From assembly GCF_004010195.1 (NCBI RefSeq), contig NC_057755.1:9738202-9802201 (forward strand): 64,000 nt of DNA. The letters are read 5' to 3'. The position numbers were made by a program, and so were the translations under genes. Source of the DNA: Chiloscyllium plagiosum (lineage: Eukaryota). The notes below the pieces were generated by a model. The model ran no database searches. It saw only the letters and a list, made by a program, of their open reading frames with translations, and had not been told where the DNA came from. Numbering within the stretch: position 1 is the stretch's first letter; every line of letters begins with the position of its first letter. This document shows, one piece after another, positions 25,854-36,911 of the stretch.

Positions 25854-26420
25854 ACACGGTGGAAGTATCGATATCTCATTAATGATACCGTAGTGAGAAA
25901 ATCTCAACTGAAACAGAAACAGAAAAATATCAACATTTTTGTAGGAAACGCGTATTTTATTGCGACCCGAGACTTTGTCGACTATGTGTTGAAAAGCTCT
26001 GAAATCAAACAGTTTTTCAAGTGGTCAGAAGATACGTATAGTCCTGATGAGCACGTTTGGGCAACAATTCACAGAATGCCCGGAGTCCCAGGCTCCGAAC
26101 ATATCTGGGACACGAATCGCAGTCTGAGCGTCCCGGTCTTCAGTCACTTGATAACATGGAAGTCACAGCAAACTAATTCAGAGCATGGCAGGCAGGGTCA
26201 TCCTTGTGCTGGAGAGTATCGCCATTACAACTGTGTCTATGGTGCTGGAGATTTGCCGTGGATCCTCCAGCATCGACATCACCTCTTTGCCAACAAATTT
26301 GACTCTGAAATGGACAATACAGCGGTTCAGTGCATTGAGGAGCACCTCAGGTGGAAAATCCTGAGCAGGAACAGTTCACTGAAACCTTACAGTGCGGATA
26401 AATGTTGTTCGGCCCATTGA
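25854..26420 (+). CDS. GCNT3-like: GCNT-family glycosyltransferase, coding exon 2 (188 codons + stop)
   Basis: Acceptor ttttccttgatctttcag|ACA, phase 0, giving KQ|TRWKY. Motifs GNAYFIATRDFV, DTYSPDEHVWAT (catalytic Glu), CVYGAGDL, HLFANKFD. Stop TGA at 26418-26420. Confidence 0.93.
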   Translation, partial: TRWKYRYLINDTVVRKSQLKQKQKNINIFVGNAYFIATRDFVDYVLKSSEIKQFFKWSEDTYSPDEHVWATIHRMPGVPGSEHIWDTNRSLSVPVFSHLITWKSQQTNSEHGRQGHPCAGEYRHYNCVYGAGDLPWILQHRHHLFANKFDSEMDNTAVQCIEEHLRWKILSRNSSLKPYSADKCCSAH

Positions 26421-26469
26421 GTCTGTAACAAACCTCCTAACAGGATCCCCTCCAGAACCGTCCGCCCTT

Positions 26470-26720
26470 TCAGCCCCACAAGCCATGGCTGGCACACTGG
26501 ACTGGCACATCTTGTATACCACGGGACAATTTAGCATGGTCAGACCACCCTAACTTGCACATCTTTGTGACTGTGGGAGGAAACCAGAGCTCCTGGTGGA
26601 AACTCACACTGACACTGGAGAATGTACAGACTCCATTCAGAGAGTCACCCAAAGCTGGAATCTAACCCAAGTCCCTGGCGCTGTGAGGTAGCACTGCAAA
26701 TCGCTGAGCCACTATGCCTG
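26470..26720 (-). mobile_element. HE1-like SINE immediately after the GCNT stop codon
   Basis: Similar to the reverse complement of 39071-39395. Confidence 0.8.
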
Positions 26721-27029
26721 ATCATGCCTTTTGAAAAGCGTGTCACTGTTTAGAGGTAGGTAGAGAGACAGGCAGCTAGGTAGTCAGATAATTAGATCGA
26801 CAGATTATCAGACAGGCAGACGTCAATTTCCATAATGTTGTGATACTAATGGGTTAAAGCTATCAAAGATGCTATTTTAATTGATTCCATCGAAATTTTG
26901 TTTTCGTTTGGAATAAAGAACAGACAGTTCTCACGACTCAGAGAAAGTGAGGACTGCAGAGGCTGGACATCAGAGTCGAGAGTGTGGTGTTGGAAAAGCA
27001 CAGCAGGTCAGACAGTATTGGAGGAGCAG

Positions 27030-27067
27030 GAAAGCCGACATTTCGGGCATAAGCCCTTCATCAGGAA
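27030..27067 (-). ncRNA. Minimal hammerhead ribozyme motif within a PLE-derived inverted structure (26947-27130)
   Basis: Minus strand reads CTGATGA-A-GGGC(TTAT)GCCC-GAAA-TGTC. Confidence 0.65.
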
Positions 27068-27249
27068 ACGCTAATTCTCCTGCTCCTCGGAAGCTTCTTG
27101 AACTGAGGTGCTTCTCCAGCAACATACTCTTAGTTCCTAGATTCGAGTGCATCTGAAGCTGAACTGCACCAGGGACTGTGCAATAGACGCAACTGGTAGC
27201 TGTTGCAAACACCACCCAACAAAGATAAACGCTGCCTCAGCCAACAACT

Positions 27250-27800
27250 GGACCTTGATCAGTTGGGTCAATGGGCTGTGGAGTAACAGATGAAATTTAA
27301 TTTGGCTGCTTTTGGAATGTTGCGTGTAATTCTGGTCTCCTTCCTATTGGAAGGATGTTGTGAAACTGAAAGGGTTCAGAAAAAAAAATCAACGATGTTG
27401 TCAGGGTTGGGGTATTTGAGCTCTCGGAAGAGACTCAAGAGACTTGGGCATGGAGAGAATAAACAGACAAGGTGTTTTTCTCTGGCGTGGTGGAGTCCAG
27501 ATCTAGAGGTTGTAGGTTCAGGATAAGAGGGGAAAGATACACAAGGGACCTAAGGGGTAACTTTTTCATGAATGAAATGGTGTGTATGGAATGAGCTGCC
27601 AGAGGAAGTGATGGACGCTTGTACAATTACAGCAGTTAATAAAAGTATCTGGTTGGGTGTATGAATAGGAAGAGTTCAGAGAGATATGGGCTAAGTGCTG
27701 GCAAATGGGACTCAATTAGGTTTGGATATTTTGACAGAATGGAAGAGTCGGACAAAAGGGTCTGTTTCCGTGCTGTATATATCTATGACTCTTTGACTCT
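27250..27800 (+). mobile_element. CR1 LINE 3' end with internal deletions
   Basis: ERVQKK..MLSGL motif and a ctatgact tail. Confidence 0.82.
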
Positions 27801-29170
27801 AAATGGACAAATTCATCAAATTTCTTACCAGTGAATTATAGAAAGGAGGTGCTGCGGGTACCACATCAATTACCAGTGTGATGTCATTTGGGAATAAGTA
27901 AAATGCAAGCCAAATTGCACATATATTGCTATTGGCCTAGACTGCATAAGAATGTGATTAAATTTTGGTGGAAATGCCATACATGTCACGCAATTGCAAA
28001 TCATCAGGCAGTGACAAAATCAGCACTGTTAACGCCATTCCAGCTTCTGAGGAAGTTGTCACAAGACTTTTAATTGATTGTATCAAACCCCTCCTTAAGA
28101 CAAAAATGGGAATCAGCATTTATTTACCATAATGGGTGTGTCTTCTAGATTTCGAGAGGCCACTGCGGTTAAAACAATTGTAGAAGAGTTGCGTAATTTA
28201 TTTTTACTAGATAAGGATTTCCAACGGAAATACAATCGAAGCAAGTCTCAAATTTGACATCACTATTGTTCAAGAAGTTGATGAACAGTTTAGGAATAAA
28301 TTATTCAAATCCACTGCTTGCCATCCAGAATTGTAAGAGGTATTCGGACAATAACATTAAAGTTTAAAGGCCAAATTGAGGGCTTATTTTGATGACCATC
28401 CAGAGAACTAGGATGAAGGAATTTCATTTGTACTTTTTGCAAGTATGGATGCAGCTGATGGATTACTTAAATTTAGTCCATTTGAATTAGTTTCTGGGTG
28501 TCAAGTGAGAGGACCACTGATATTGATTAAGAAGAAAATGGTAAGTCAGAGTTCAGAGGCCACTTAATTGGATGATGGGTCAAATTTTAAGGAAAGATTT
28601 AATCGTGCAGTTAAGCTTGTCAGAAAGCATTTAAAATCAACACAGCATGTTAAGAAACAGAAAGCAAACAAGAAATCAAAAGCTCACAATTTTGCTAGTG
28701 AAGATAGATTGTTCGCATTATGTCAGGGAACCTTTAAATGCGAGGTTTAATGGACATTATCACATCTAAAGGAAATTAAGTGAAGTGTAATTATTTGTTA
28801 ACAAAAAATGCCAAATTTTAAAAAAGGAAATCTCACAGAGTGTCTTGTGCAAATATTCTCTGAAGCTATTTTGGTCAAGAAAGAAAACAAAAGGAAAGTG
28901 CATTGCTAGTTATTAGATTAGATTAGATTACAGATTAGATTACAGTGTGGAAACAGGCCTTTGGCCCAACAAGTCCACACCGAACATTGGTTACAACACA
29001 ATGAATAACCAAGTTCAGACGATTCTGAACTGGACATTCTACAAATTAAATTGCAAAATTGGAAGGCCTAAACAATTGAGATAAACCGATTAATATTGTG
29101 TTCATATTCATATGCGAAGAAAATGGGGATATCTTTAATAAGCATGATGGTACAGGTCATGGTTGCTGTA

Positions 29171-29210
29171 TTCCTGATGAAGGGTTTTTGCCCGAAACGT
29201 CGATTTTCCT
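29171..29210 (+). ncRNA. Minimal type-I hammerhead ribozyme motif (intact core) at the 5' end of a short PLE-derived insertion (29171-29285)
   Basis: CTGATGA-A-GGGT(TTTT)GCCC-GAAA-CGTC, with a GUC cleavage triplet. Confidence 0.75.
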
Positions 29211-29285
29211 GCTCCTTGTATGCTGTCTGAACTGCTGTGCTTTTCCAGCACCACCCTACTCTTGACTCTGGTTTCCAGCATCTAC

Positions 29286-30328
29286 CTTAATTCCTTGTGA
29301 CATCAAGAATTTATCACTGTCTGCCTTGAAGACATTTAGCGTCCCAGCCTCCACTCCACTCTGCGGCAATGAATTCCACAGGCCCACCACTCTCTGGCTG
29401 AAGAAATGTCTCCGCATTTCTGTTCTGAATTTACACCCTCTAATTCTCAGGCTGTGTCCACGGGTCCTAGTCTCCTCACCTAACGGTAACAATTTCCTAG
29501 TGTCCACCCTTTCCAAGCCATGTATTATCTTGTAAGTTTCTATTAGATCTCCCCTTAATCTTCTAAACTCCAATGAATACAATTCCAGGATCCTCAGCCG
29601 TTCCTTGTATGTTAGACCTACCATTCCAGGTGAATCTCCGCTGGAAACGCTCCCGTGCCAGTATGTCCTTCCTGAGGTGTGGGGACCAAAACTGGACACA
29701 GTTCTCAAAATGGGGCCTAACTAGAGCTTTATAAAGTCTCAGTAGCACAACAGTGCTTTTATATTCCAACCCTCTTGAGATAAATGACAACACTGCATTC
29801 GCTGTCTTAATCACGTACTCAACCTGCATGTTTACCTTTAGAGAATCCTCGACTACCACTCCCAGATCCCTTTGTACTTTGGCTTGACGAATTTTCTCAT
29901 CGTTTAGAAACTGGTCCAGCTTGTATTCTGTTTTCCAAAGTGCAAGACCTCGCATTTGCTCACATTGAATTCCATCAGCCATTTCCTGGACCACTCTCCC
30001 AAACTGTCTAGATCCTTCTGCAGCCTCCCCACTTCCTCAGTACTACCTGCCTGTCCACCTAACTTTGTATCATCGGCAAACTTCGCTAGAATGCCCCCAG
30101 TCCCTTCATCCAGATCATTAATATATAACGTGAACAGCTGCGGCCCAAAACTGAACCCTACGGGACACCACTTGTCACCAGCTGCCATTCCGAAAAAGAA
30201 CCTTTTATCCCAACTCTCTGCCTTCTGTCAGACAGCCAATCCTCAATCCATACCAGTAGCTCACCTCGAATACCATGGGCCCTCACCTTGTTCAGCAGCC
30301 TCCCGTGTGGCACCTTATCAAAGGCCTT
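29286..30328 (-). mobile_element. CR1 LINE RT 3' part
   Basis: GPQLFTLYINDLD..KFADDTKLGG, LYKALVRPHFENCVQFWSP, HFFSQRVVGLWNSLP motifs. Confidence 0.92.
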
Positions 30329-30329
30329 T

Positions 30330-31770
30330 TAATAAGACCATTGCTGACAAGAATTCCTGAAGACCATCAAAGACATGAAGATAGAAGAGGATGAAATAAC
30401 GGTCTCGTTTGACGTAACAGCCCTGTTCACATCCATCAAAATCAACCTAGCCGAAGGAAACAGTGACTACACTCATAGAAGAAACAAAGACATATGCACC
30501 AAACAACATCAACTTTATCAGCAATGACGATATTGTCAAGCTAGTGGGCCTATGCCTCACCATCAGCATCACCTTCAACAACACAACCTAGAGACACCCA
30601 GCAGAAGATTCATGGGATCTCCAATATCAGGGTTCTTGGCAGAGGCAGTAATGCAGAGACTCAAACAAGCAGCTCTGCCAACCATCCAACCCAAACTTTG
30701 GGTCCGCTATCCTTGTCATCACTAAATGAAACAAATTAGAAGAAATATTGAGAGCCATCAATAATACCCTTACTGACATAAAATTCACTAAAGAGAAAAA
30801 TAACAACAAACTGCCAATCTTAGATGTCGCAGTAGAGCAAACAGCCAATGGGGAACTTCAAACAATGTCTACAGGAAAACAACGCATACAGACCAAACAC
30901 TGAATGACAGAAACAACCATCCCAACATTTACAAACAAAACTGCATTAGAACATTATTTCAATGAGCCGCCACACAGTGCAGCACAGAGAAATTATGAAG
31001 AGCAGAGAAAAACCACCTATACTGTGTATTCAAAAAAGAATGGGTACCAAACTAACGTCTACTGATTTCTCATCAACAAATCCAAACAAGCTGACAAAAC
31101 AGATCCAGAAACTCCAGCTAATCTCTCCTACATCAAAGACATCTCAGAAATGATTGCAAGACTACTCAGACCCCTTGTTATCATGGTAGCCCAGAAACAC
31201 ACATAAAACAGCAGCTAATGAACTTGAAAGACCCTACACAGATAACACGCAAAACTAATGTCATTTACAAAATATCTTGCAAGCACTGTAACAAACACTA
31301 TATTGGACAAACAGGCAGAAAACTAGCCACCAGGATAGATGAACATCAACTAGCCACGAAAAGACATGACCCACTCTCACTAGTATCTTTACATACAGAT
31401 GAGGAATGACACCACTTCGACTGGGACAACACGTCCATCCTAGGACAAGCCATATAGAGACACACCAGAATGCCTAGAAGCATGGCTTTCCACTGGAACT
31501 CTATCAACAAACACATTGACTTGGATCCTATTTACCACCCCTTGAGAAAAAGAACAGGGAATGCCATCTCCACGGGAAATGACATCACCACAGGAAATGA
31601 TATCAGTTCAGGAAATGACATCACCAAACCAAGGACACTAAAGCACGTAAATAAAATGTGGGCCATACTACCAGTGCTTCATCTGCAGACTCACTGATGA
31701 TGTTACCTAATATGGTGACAAAACATCTAAAACTTAACCTACCAGGTCAATGAGCAAACTTACATCCACA
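30330..31770 (+). mobile_element. Penelope-like element (RT C-terminal part + GIY-YIG endonuclease + 3' end), degenerate
   Basis: RT motifs VSFDVTALFTSI and MGSPISGFLAEAVM; GIY-YIG motif NVIYKISCKHCNKHYIGQTGRKLATRIDEH; 18-bp tandem GGAAATGACATCACCACA in the 3' region; HHR-like motif at 31694-31728. Confidence 0.9.
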
Positions 31771-32439
31771 ACACGAAGATACGTCATTCAACTTGTTGTG
31801 AATCAAATCATGACAGAAATGTGAGTACAATTTAGGTTACTTGTGAAAAGAGCTCTGTTTACACATGTAGGCTGTACGTCCTCTGGAGTCAGCTGCACCA
31901 ATTCATCAGATCATTGCTGATTTGATTCTAATATGCATGTCCAATATGCAAGCAAGGTAGGAACATAAGACTAGGCCATTCAGCCCCACAAGTCTCTTCT
32001 TTCATTTATTGAGATCAGAGATGACCTGTGCACTTACTCTTCACTTCTGCCTTTGGCCCATCTCACTTGATGCATTTGCTTTACAAACAAAAATGAACAC
32101 GGATTTAAAATTCGCATTTGATCCAACATCCGCTTTCATTTATAGTTAGAAATGCTTCCTAAATCTTGCTGAATGCTCTGGCGCTCACTTTCAGATTCTG
32201 TTCCCTCGTTCTAGAATACTCAAACAATGGAATTACACTGTGTTCTCTTGTTAGTATTTTCAATATTTTAATCAGATCAACTCGATGTCACACAATTTCA
32301 TTTTTTTTTAAATGGGCCAGCCAAACTTCAAAGACGAACTACTAAAACCATTTCAGGATCACCCAGTTGTGTAGATAACAGACTGGGGTGGAAATGTGTT
32401 GCTGGAAAAGCGCAGCAGGTCAGGCAGCATCTAGGGAAC

Positions 32440-32479
32440 AGGAGAATCGACGTTTCGGGCATTAGCCCTTCTTCAGGGC
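32440..32479 (-). ncRNA. Minimal hammerhead ribozyme motif in a 95-bp insertion (32385-32479)
   Basis: Minus strand reads CTGAAGA-A-GGGC(TAAT)GCCC-GAAA-CGTC-GATTC. 13-bp TSD TAGATAACAGACT at 32372-32384 and 32480-32492. Confidence 0.75.
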
Positions 32480-33547
32480 TAGATAACAGACTTCCAAATT
32501 GCTTTGAGGAATGACATGAATTTAAATGGAAGATGAGTCCTGTTCTATTGATGTGCATTTGTCATGTCAATGATCTGATGATTTCTACTCACACAAGAAA
32601 GGGATATTTGAAAGATCTATCAGAATTAATCGATCAACTTCGGGAAGCAGGCTTGGTGAGAAATTTGGCTCGTATTGAATTCAGAAAAGCACAAGACACA
32701 TTCCTGGGCCATGTTATTAAAAGTGCACATATCGTTCCATGGAACGTGAAAACAAACATTATTGGGGAGTTTCCCATGCTATTGAGTAAGAGGGAAGTAC
32801 TATAATACCTGGGACTGTGCGGTTTTTTTTTTAAATTGCAGGTTTGTTACAAGTTTTAGCAGTGTGGTTACTCAACAGACTGATTGTTGAAGAAGCGCAG
32901 AACATTTCAGTTGACAGAGCAGTGTCAGCAGGAATTTGAAAGCCTGAAAGCTGTGTTAACCATTCCCCTAGTGTTAGACAGACCCATTTGTGCAAAGTCA
33001 CTTCAGGTGACTATTGAAGCAAGTGCTGTGGTTGTCCGTTTTGTACTCTTGCAAGAGGATGATGCGACGATCGAAAGATCTACTAAGTATTTTCCACAAA
33101 ATTGAGTATTCATCAACAAAATTCAACAATTGAGAAAGGTATCTTGAGTTTGATATTTGTGCTGCAACAATTCAACATTTATATTGCCATCAATGTGTAT
33201 GAAAAAATTGCATATCCTGAACTTTAAACATTTTGGGAGAAAAAATTAAGACTATTTAAATGGAGATTATTATTGCAGCCTTTCAATTTGAAGATTATAC
33301 ACGTATCAGGACAAGAAAATTTAATGGCTGATGTGTTGTCATGACTTTGATGAAGGAAGACAGAAGTATTCGATGATGAGAAAGAAATGGACTTAAAATG
33401 GATATTTGCCTGTTTGAACTCACGTAATGTGTATGTATATATATATATATATATATATATTACATATAGTAGCGTTCTGGTAGCATATGGCTTTTGTTAA
33501 TTAAGGCATCTGCATATTGGTCATTCATTTTTTTAATTGGGGATGCG

Positions 33548-34150
33548 TGATGATTTCATGCTGTCCTGGATTTTCTGCTTTGACGAGAGGTTAAGATAGA
33601 GGTGTGGGTGGTCCGCTTAAAGCCAATAAAGTCAATAACTTGTGACGGATCGTTATTTCTTTTAAAAAATGGACCTATAGAACTAAGCCCATATAGAGCA
33701 AAGAGTTTTAGGTTTAGCTGTCTGCTTCTAATGGAATCTTGAAGCGAGATACAGACGCTCTTATTCCTGACTCTGTTTCAAATAAAAGCTGGAGCCCTCT
33801 TCCTGATGCAAGGAATGCATTTAAAACAATCTATTTTACTGAAGTTGCCTTGGCAAAGGGTGCATTATGGGATGCTGCTATATTGGAACAGATAAATAGC
33901 AGCAGTTAATATATGATATTATTTTGCTTAGTATTTCGACTCAGTGCTAGTGAAGCCAATTCATTTCCTTTCGAAGTGTCCGTATTGTAAATGTAACGTA
34001 AAAATAAAGTGTGTTTTGCTTCATTATGTACCAGGTCGGACCCCCTCAAAACATTTCAAGAAAGTAGCCCAGACCCTAACTTTGTTCATGTTTTTAAGCA
34101 GGTGTAACATGGGTATTCCAGGAGAGGTGCAGTTGGTCAAACCATGTAAT
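33548..34150 (+). mobile_element. Probable 3' LTR remnant of the Gypsy element
   Basis: Follows the RNaseH end; a short purine-rich tract at ~33539-33547 precedes a TG start. The right boundary is uncertain. Confidence 0.35.
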
Positions 34151-34959
34151 TTTAAACTAACAGAATTTATGTAAAAGATTACCCATCGTTTAGGGAAGGA
34201 AACTCATCATCACTTGGTCTGGCATACTTGTGACTTCAGACCTTCAGCAATGTCGCTGACTCTTAACGATCCTCTGGACAATTAGGGTTGGAAAATAAAT
34301 GCTGCCTCGCCAGCGACACCCCTATCCCGTGAATTAATAAAGCCTATCTGGACCGTAACATTTTCTTATTTTGTATGTGGATACGAAGTGCTGTATTCCA
34401 GCTGCAAACCATACTACTCCACGTTAAGCAAAATACAATGCATTTAAACACTATACTCAAAACACACACAAAACTAAAATAAAAATAGGAATCTAAAATA
34501 ACTTAATGCTTGGAAAACTTAACAGAACAACACATTCCGCAGCTATTACTAATTAACTGTTCCAAATTAGTAACATCCCATAAATACATCCCTTGGCAGA
34601 AAGGTCAATGTAGATATGGATTTGTACATGCAGTTCTTAATTCTAGGAGAAACAAATCATCAAGAAAAATTCAGAAGTTTAGCAGTCAGAGAAATTCATT
34701 ATAGGTTCAAACTGTGTTGACACGCCAAGAGCTTCTGATGTTTCTGAAAAACATAAACCACAGATATCTGGATCTGTGAGAGCTAGCCGCACACATTTGA
34801 CCTATTAAAGAAGAAAAGCCTCACAGGTCACTTACACCATTCATCTTCAGTAGCTAATACTTCACTTCTACCTTACAATTTCTCTTCAAGGAAAAACAAC
34901 TCGAAAAAATATCCTTTTAAAGTGACAGCATCACCACATACCTTTCTTAGTGGACTTCG

Positions 34960-35690
34960 AGCCATTTTTCCGTGGTACGATTAAAGAGTATCTCTCTCAG
35001 CTTCGCAAAAACTAAAGAACTAGTCACTGAATTCAGAAGGAAGGTTGAGGAACACGCCTGCAGCGGCGTCAAAGCAGCTGATGGGTGGCACAGTAGTTAG
35101 CACTGCTGCCTCACAGAACCTCAAACCCGGTTCAATTCCCGCCTCATGCAACTGTCTGTGTGGAGTTTGCACATTCTCCCCGTGTCTGCGTGGGTTTCCT
35201 CCCGTCAGTCTAAAAATGTGCAGGTTAGGCGAAATTCGGCCTGTTATGGTAATCGTTCTGCCCTAGACCGTAAGAAACTACAGAAGGTTGTCTGCACAGC
35301 CCAGACCATCGCAAAAGCGAAACTTCCAGCAATGGAGTCCATTTACACTTTTTTTTTGCCACAGAAAGGCTCCTAACATCATTAAAGATCCATCTCATCC
35401 TGGTAATGCTCTCCTACCATCTATTCCGTCAGGCAGAAGGTACAGAAGCTTGAATACAGGCACCAACAGGTTCAAGAACTGCATATTCCCTCTTTTATTA
35501 GGCTGATGAATGGACTCTTTAAATTCAAGTAATGCTGAACTTGCAAACGTTGATATTGCCTCGCACAGTCCTTTTCATGTAATCTATACCTCTGTCCAAA
35601 TTCTTTTTTCGTACTATGACCTGTATATCCTTGCTTACTATTATCTGTCTGCACTGCTACTAAAGGAGTTACACATGACAATAAATCAAT
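34960..35690 (+). mobile_element. Old non-LTR retroelement 3' fragment with nested HE1-like SINE (~35080-35235)
   Basis: YGNRSALDRKKLQKVV..; IIKDPSHPGNALL..PSGRRYRSL..TNRFKNC (RT C-terminus of Rex/L2-like type). Confidence 0.7.
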
Positions 35691-36040
35691 TAATAAGTCA
35701 CTTTGCAGCTATTACAGATCCCTAATCCACAGCATGGCAGAGAGGTCTAGTAAAGTGCGTTCAATCCCCGTCTGACCACGAACGGCTCTGATTAGAATCT
35801 TCCACCTGCATTCTAGATGGTGCCCAAACAATGAGAAAATATTCCACCACTGTAACTTGACAGAACTAAGACACACAACACAATTTCTGAAAAATGGTAT
35901 ATAATTACATGCAGTTTTCATCACTCTTTATTCATGCATTCAGACTTGAATTGAGGAAATTGAAATGTAAGAGATTTTGTTATCTGCATGAGAACTTCCT
36001 GAGACAGGGCAAAGCAAGCAGACAGAGAATATGGTACCTC

Positions 36041-36911
36041 TCATTTAAAATTTCGATTAGCTAATCTGAGAATACGCGGCCAAGGAGATGTCAACACTTT
36101 CTTCACTTCCTGCCTGAATTTATATTGTGTGGCTGCATAAATGCACATTTTTGTACATGAATTCAAATACATGAGCATGAGGCCAGTTTCAGTGGCAAAG
36201 TTAGCAGGAGCTGCATATTCACGTTGATGACGTGCAGTGCCTGCTATCCTTGTAGATGAAAAGTTCACTGCTACTGTAAACCACAGAAGTATAAAGCTGC
36301 TCGATAGGGACGCCCTTTGACTGTCCACCTTGGAGCTTTTTGACTCTCACTTTTGCATCCCTGGCTGGCCCTGCGCGCTCTGTTGGTGACTACAATATGT
36401 CTGACCGTCAAGGAATTAAACAGAAATGTCAAAGAAAATGGAAGACAAACAGATAAGGTAATTTGCAACCAGAGAATGCTGCACCTGCTGGAGAAAAGAA
36501 GAAATTCAAATTATGGTGACAACCCCACTGTATATGGTCAATTACTTGTTCAAGTTCATATGCAAAGCAATAGGGTATGTTCACGAGGTAAACCAGGGCA
36601 GTGGTGCTCAATATTGTTACAGCTGCTCTCCTCCATCTGCAATACGTTGTTTTCAGCCTGTTAAAACATATAGCTACGTGTCGATCAATTGTGAACAAGA
36701 CAGTATAGGTTGGCAGCGCTCATGTAGGTAATGAACTTACAAAATCCAGTGTAGGCGAAGTAAACATGCAAAAAATGAAAACTGAAAATGTGATGCACAT
36801 TGACGATCATCATCAGAAGAGGCGTTGTTGCCATGGCCACAATGTAGGCAGAAGTGAAATCAGAAAGGGAGCACTTCCTCTTGGAAATAATTATTATTGC
36901 CAGCAGGTTGG
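36041..36911 (-). pseudogene. GPR139-like: GPR139/GPR142-like GPCR pseudogene, large coding exon
   Basis: Acceptor acacacag|CC, then ANLLAIIIISKRKCSLS..YIVAMA; FTIDRHVAICFNRLKTTYC; LFNSLTVRHIVV; SFILLWFT; LNSCTKMCIYAATQYKFRQE. The homology spans four frames, implying at least three frameshifts, and there are deletions in TM3 and TM6. Confidence 0.88.

Larger units (their letters stand above)
27800..33350 (+). mobile_element. Degenerate Ty3/Gypsy LTR retrotransposon, Gmr1-type domain order (integrase ~27800-28860; RT-RNaseH ~32490-33350), interrupted by nested insertions
   Basis: Integrase: H..HLG..WPRL..CHTC zinc finger, IDC.KPL core, and ARFNGHY (GPY-like) motif. RT/RNaseH: HVNDL (YIDD-like), EAGLVRNLAR.EF..FLGH, IEAS..VLLQED, STIEK, WRLLLQPFNLKIIHVSGQENLMADVLS. 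Confidence 0.8.
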
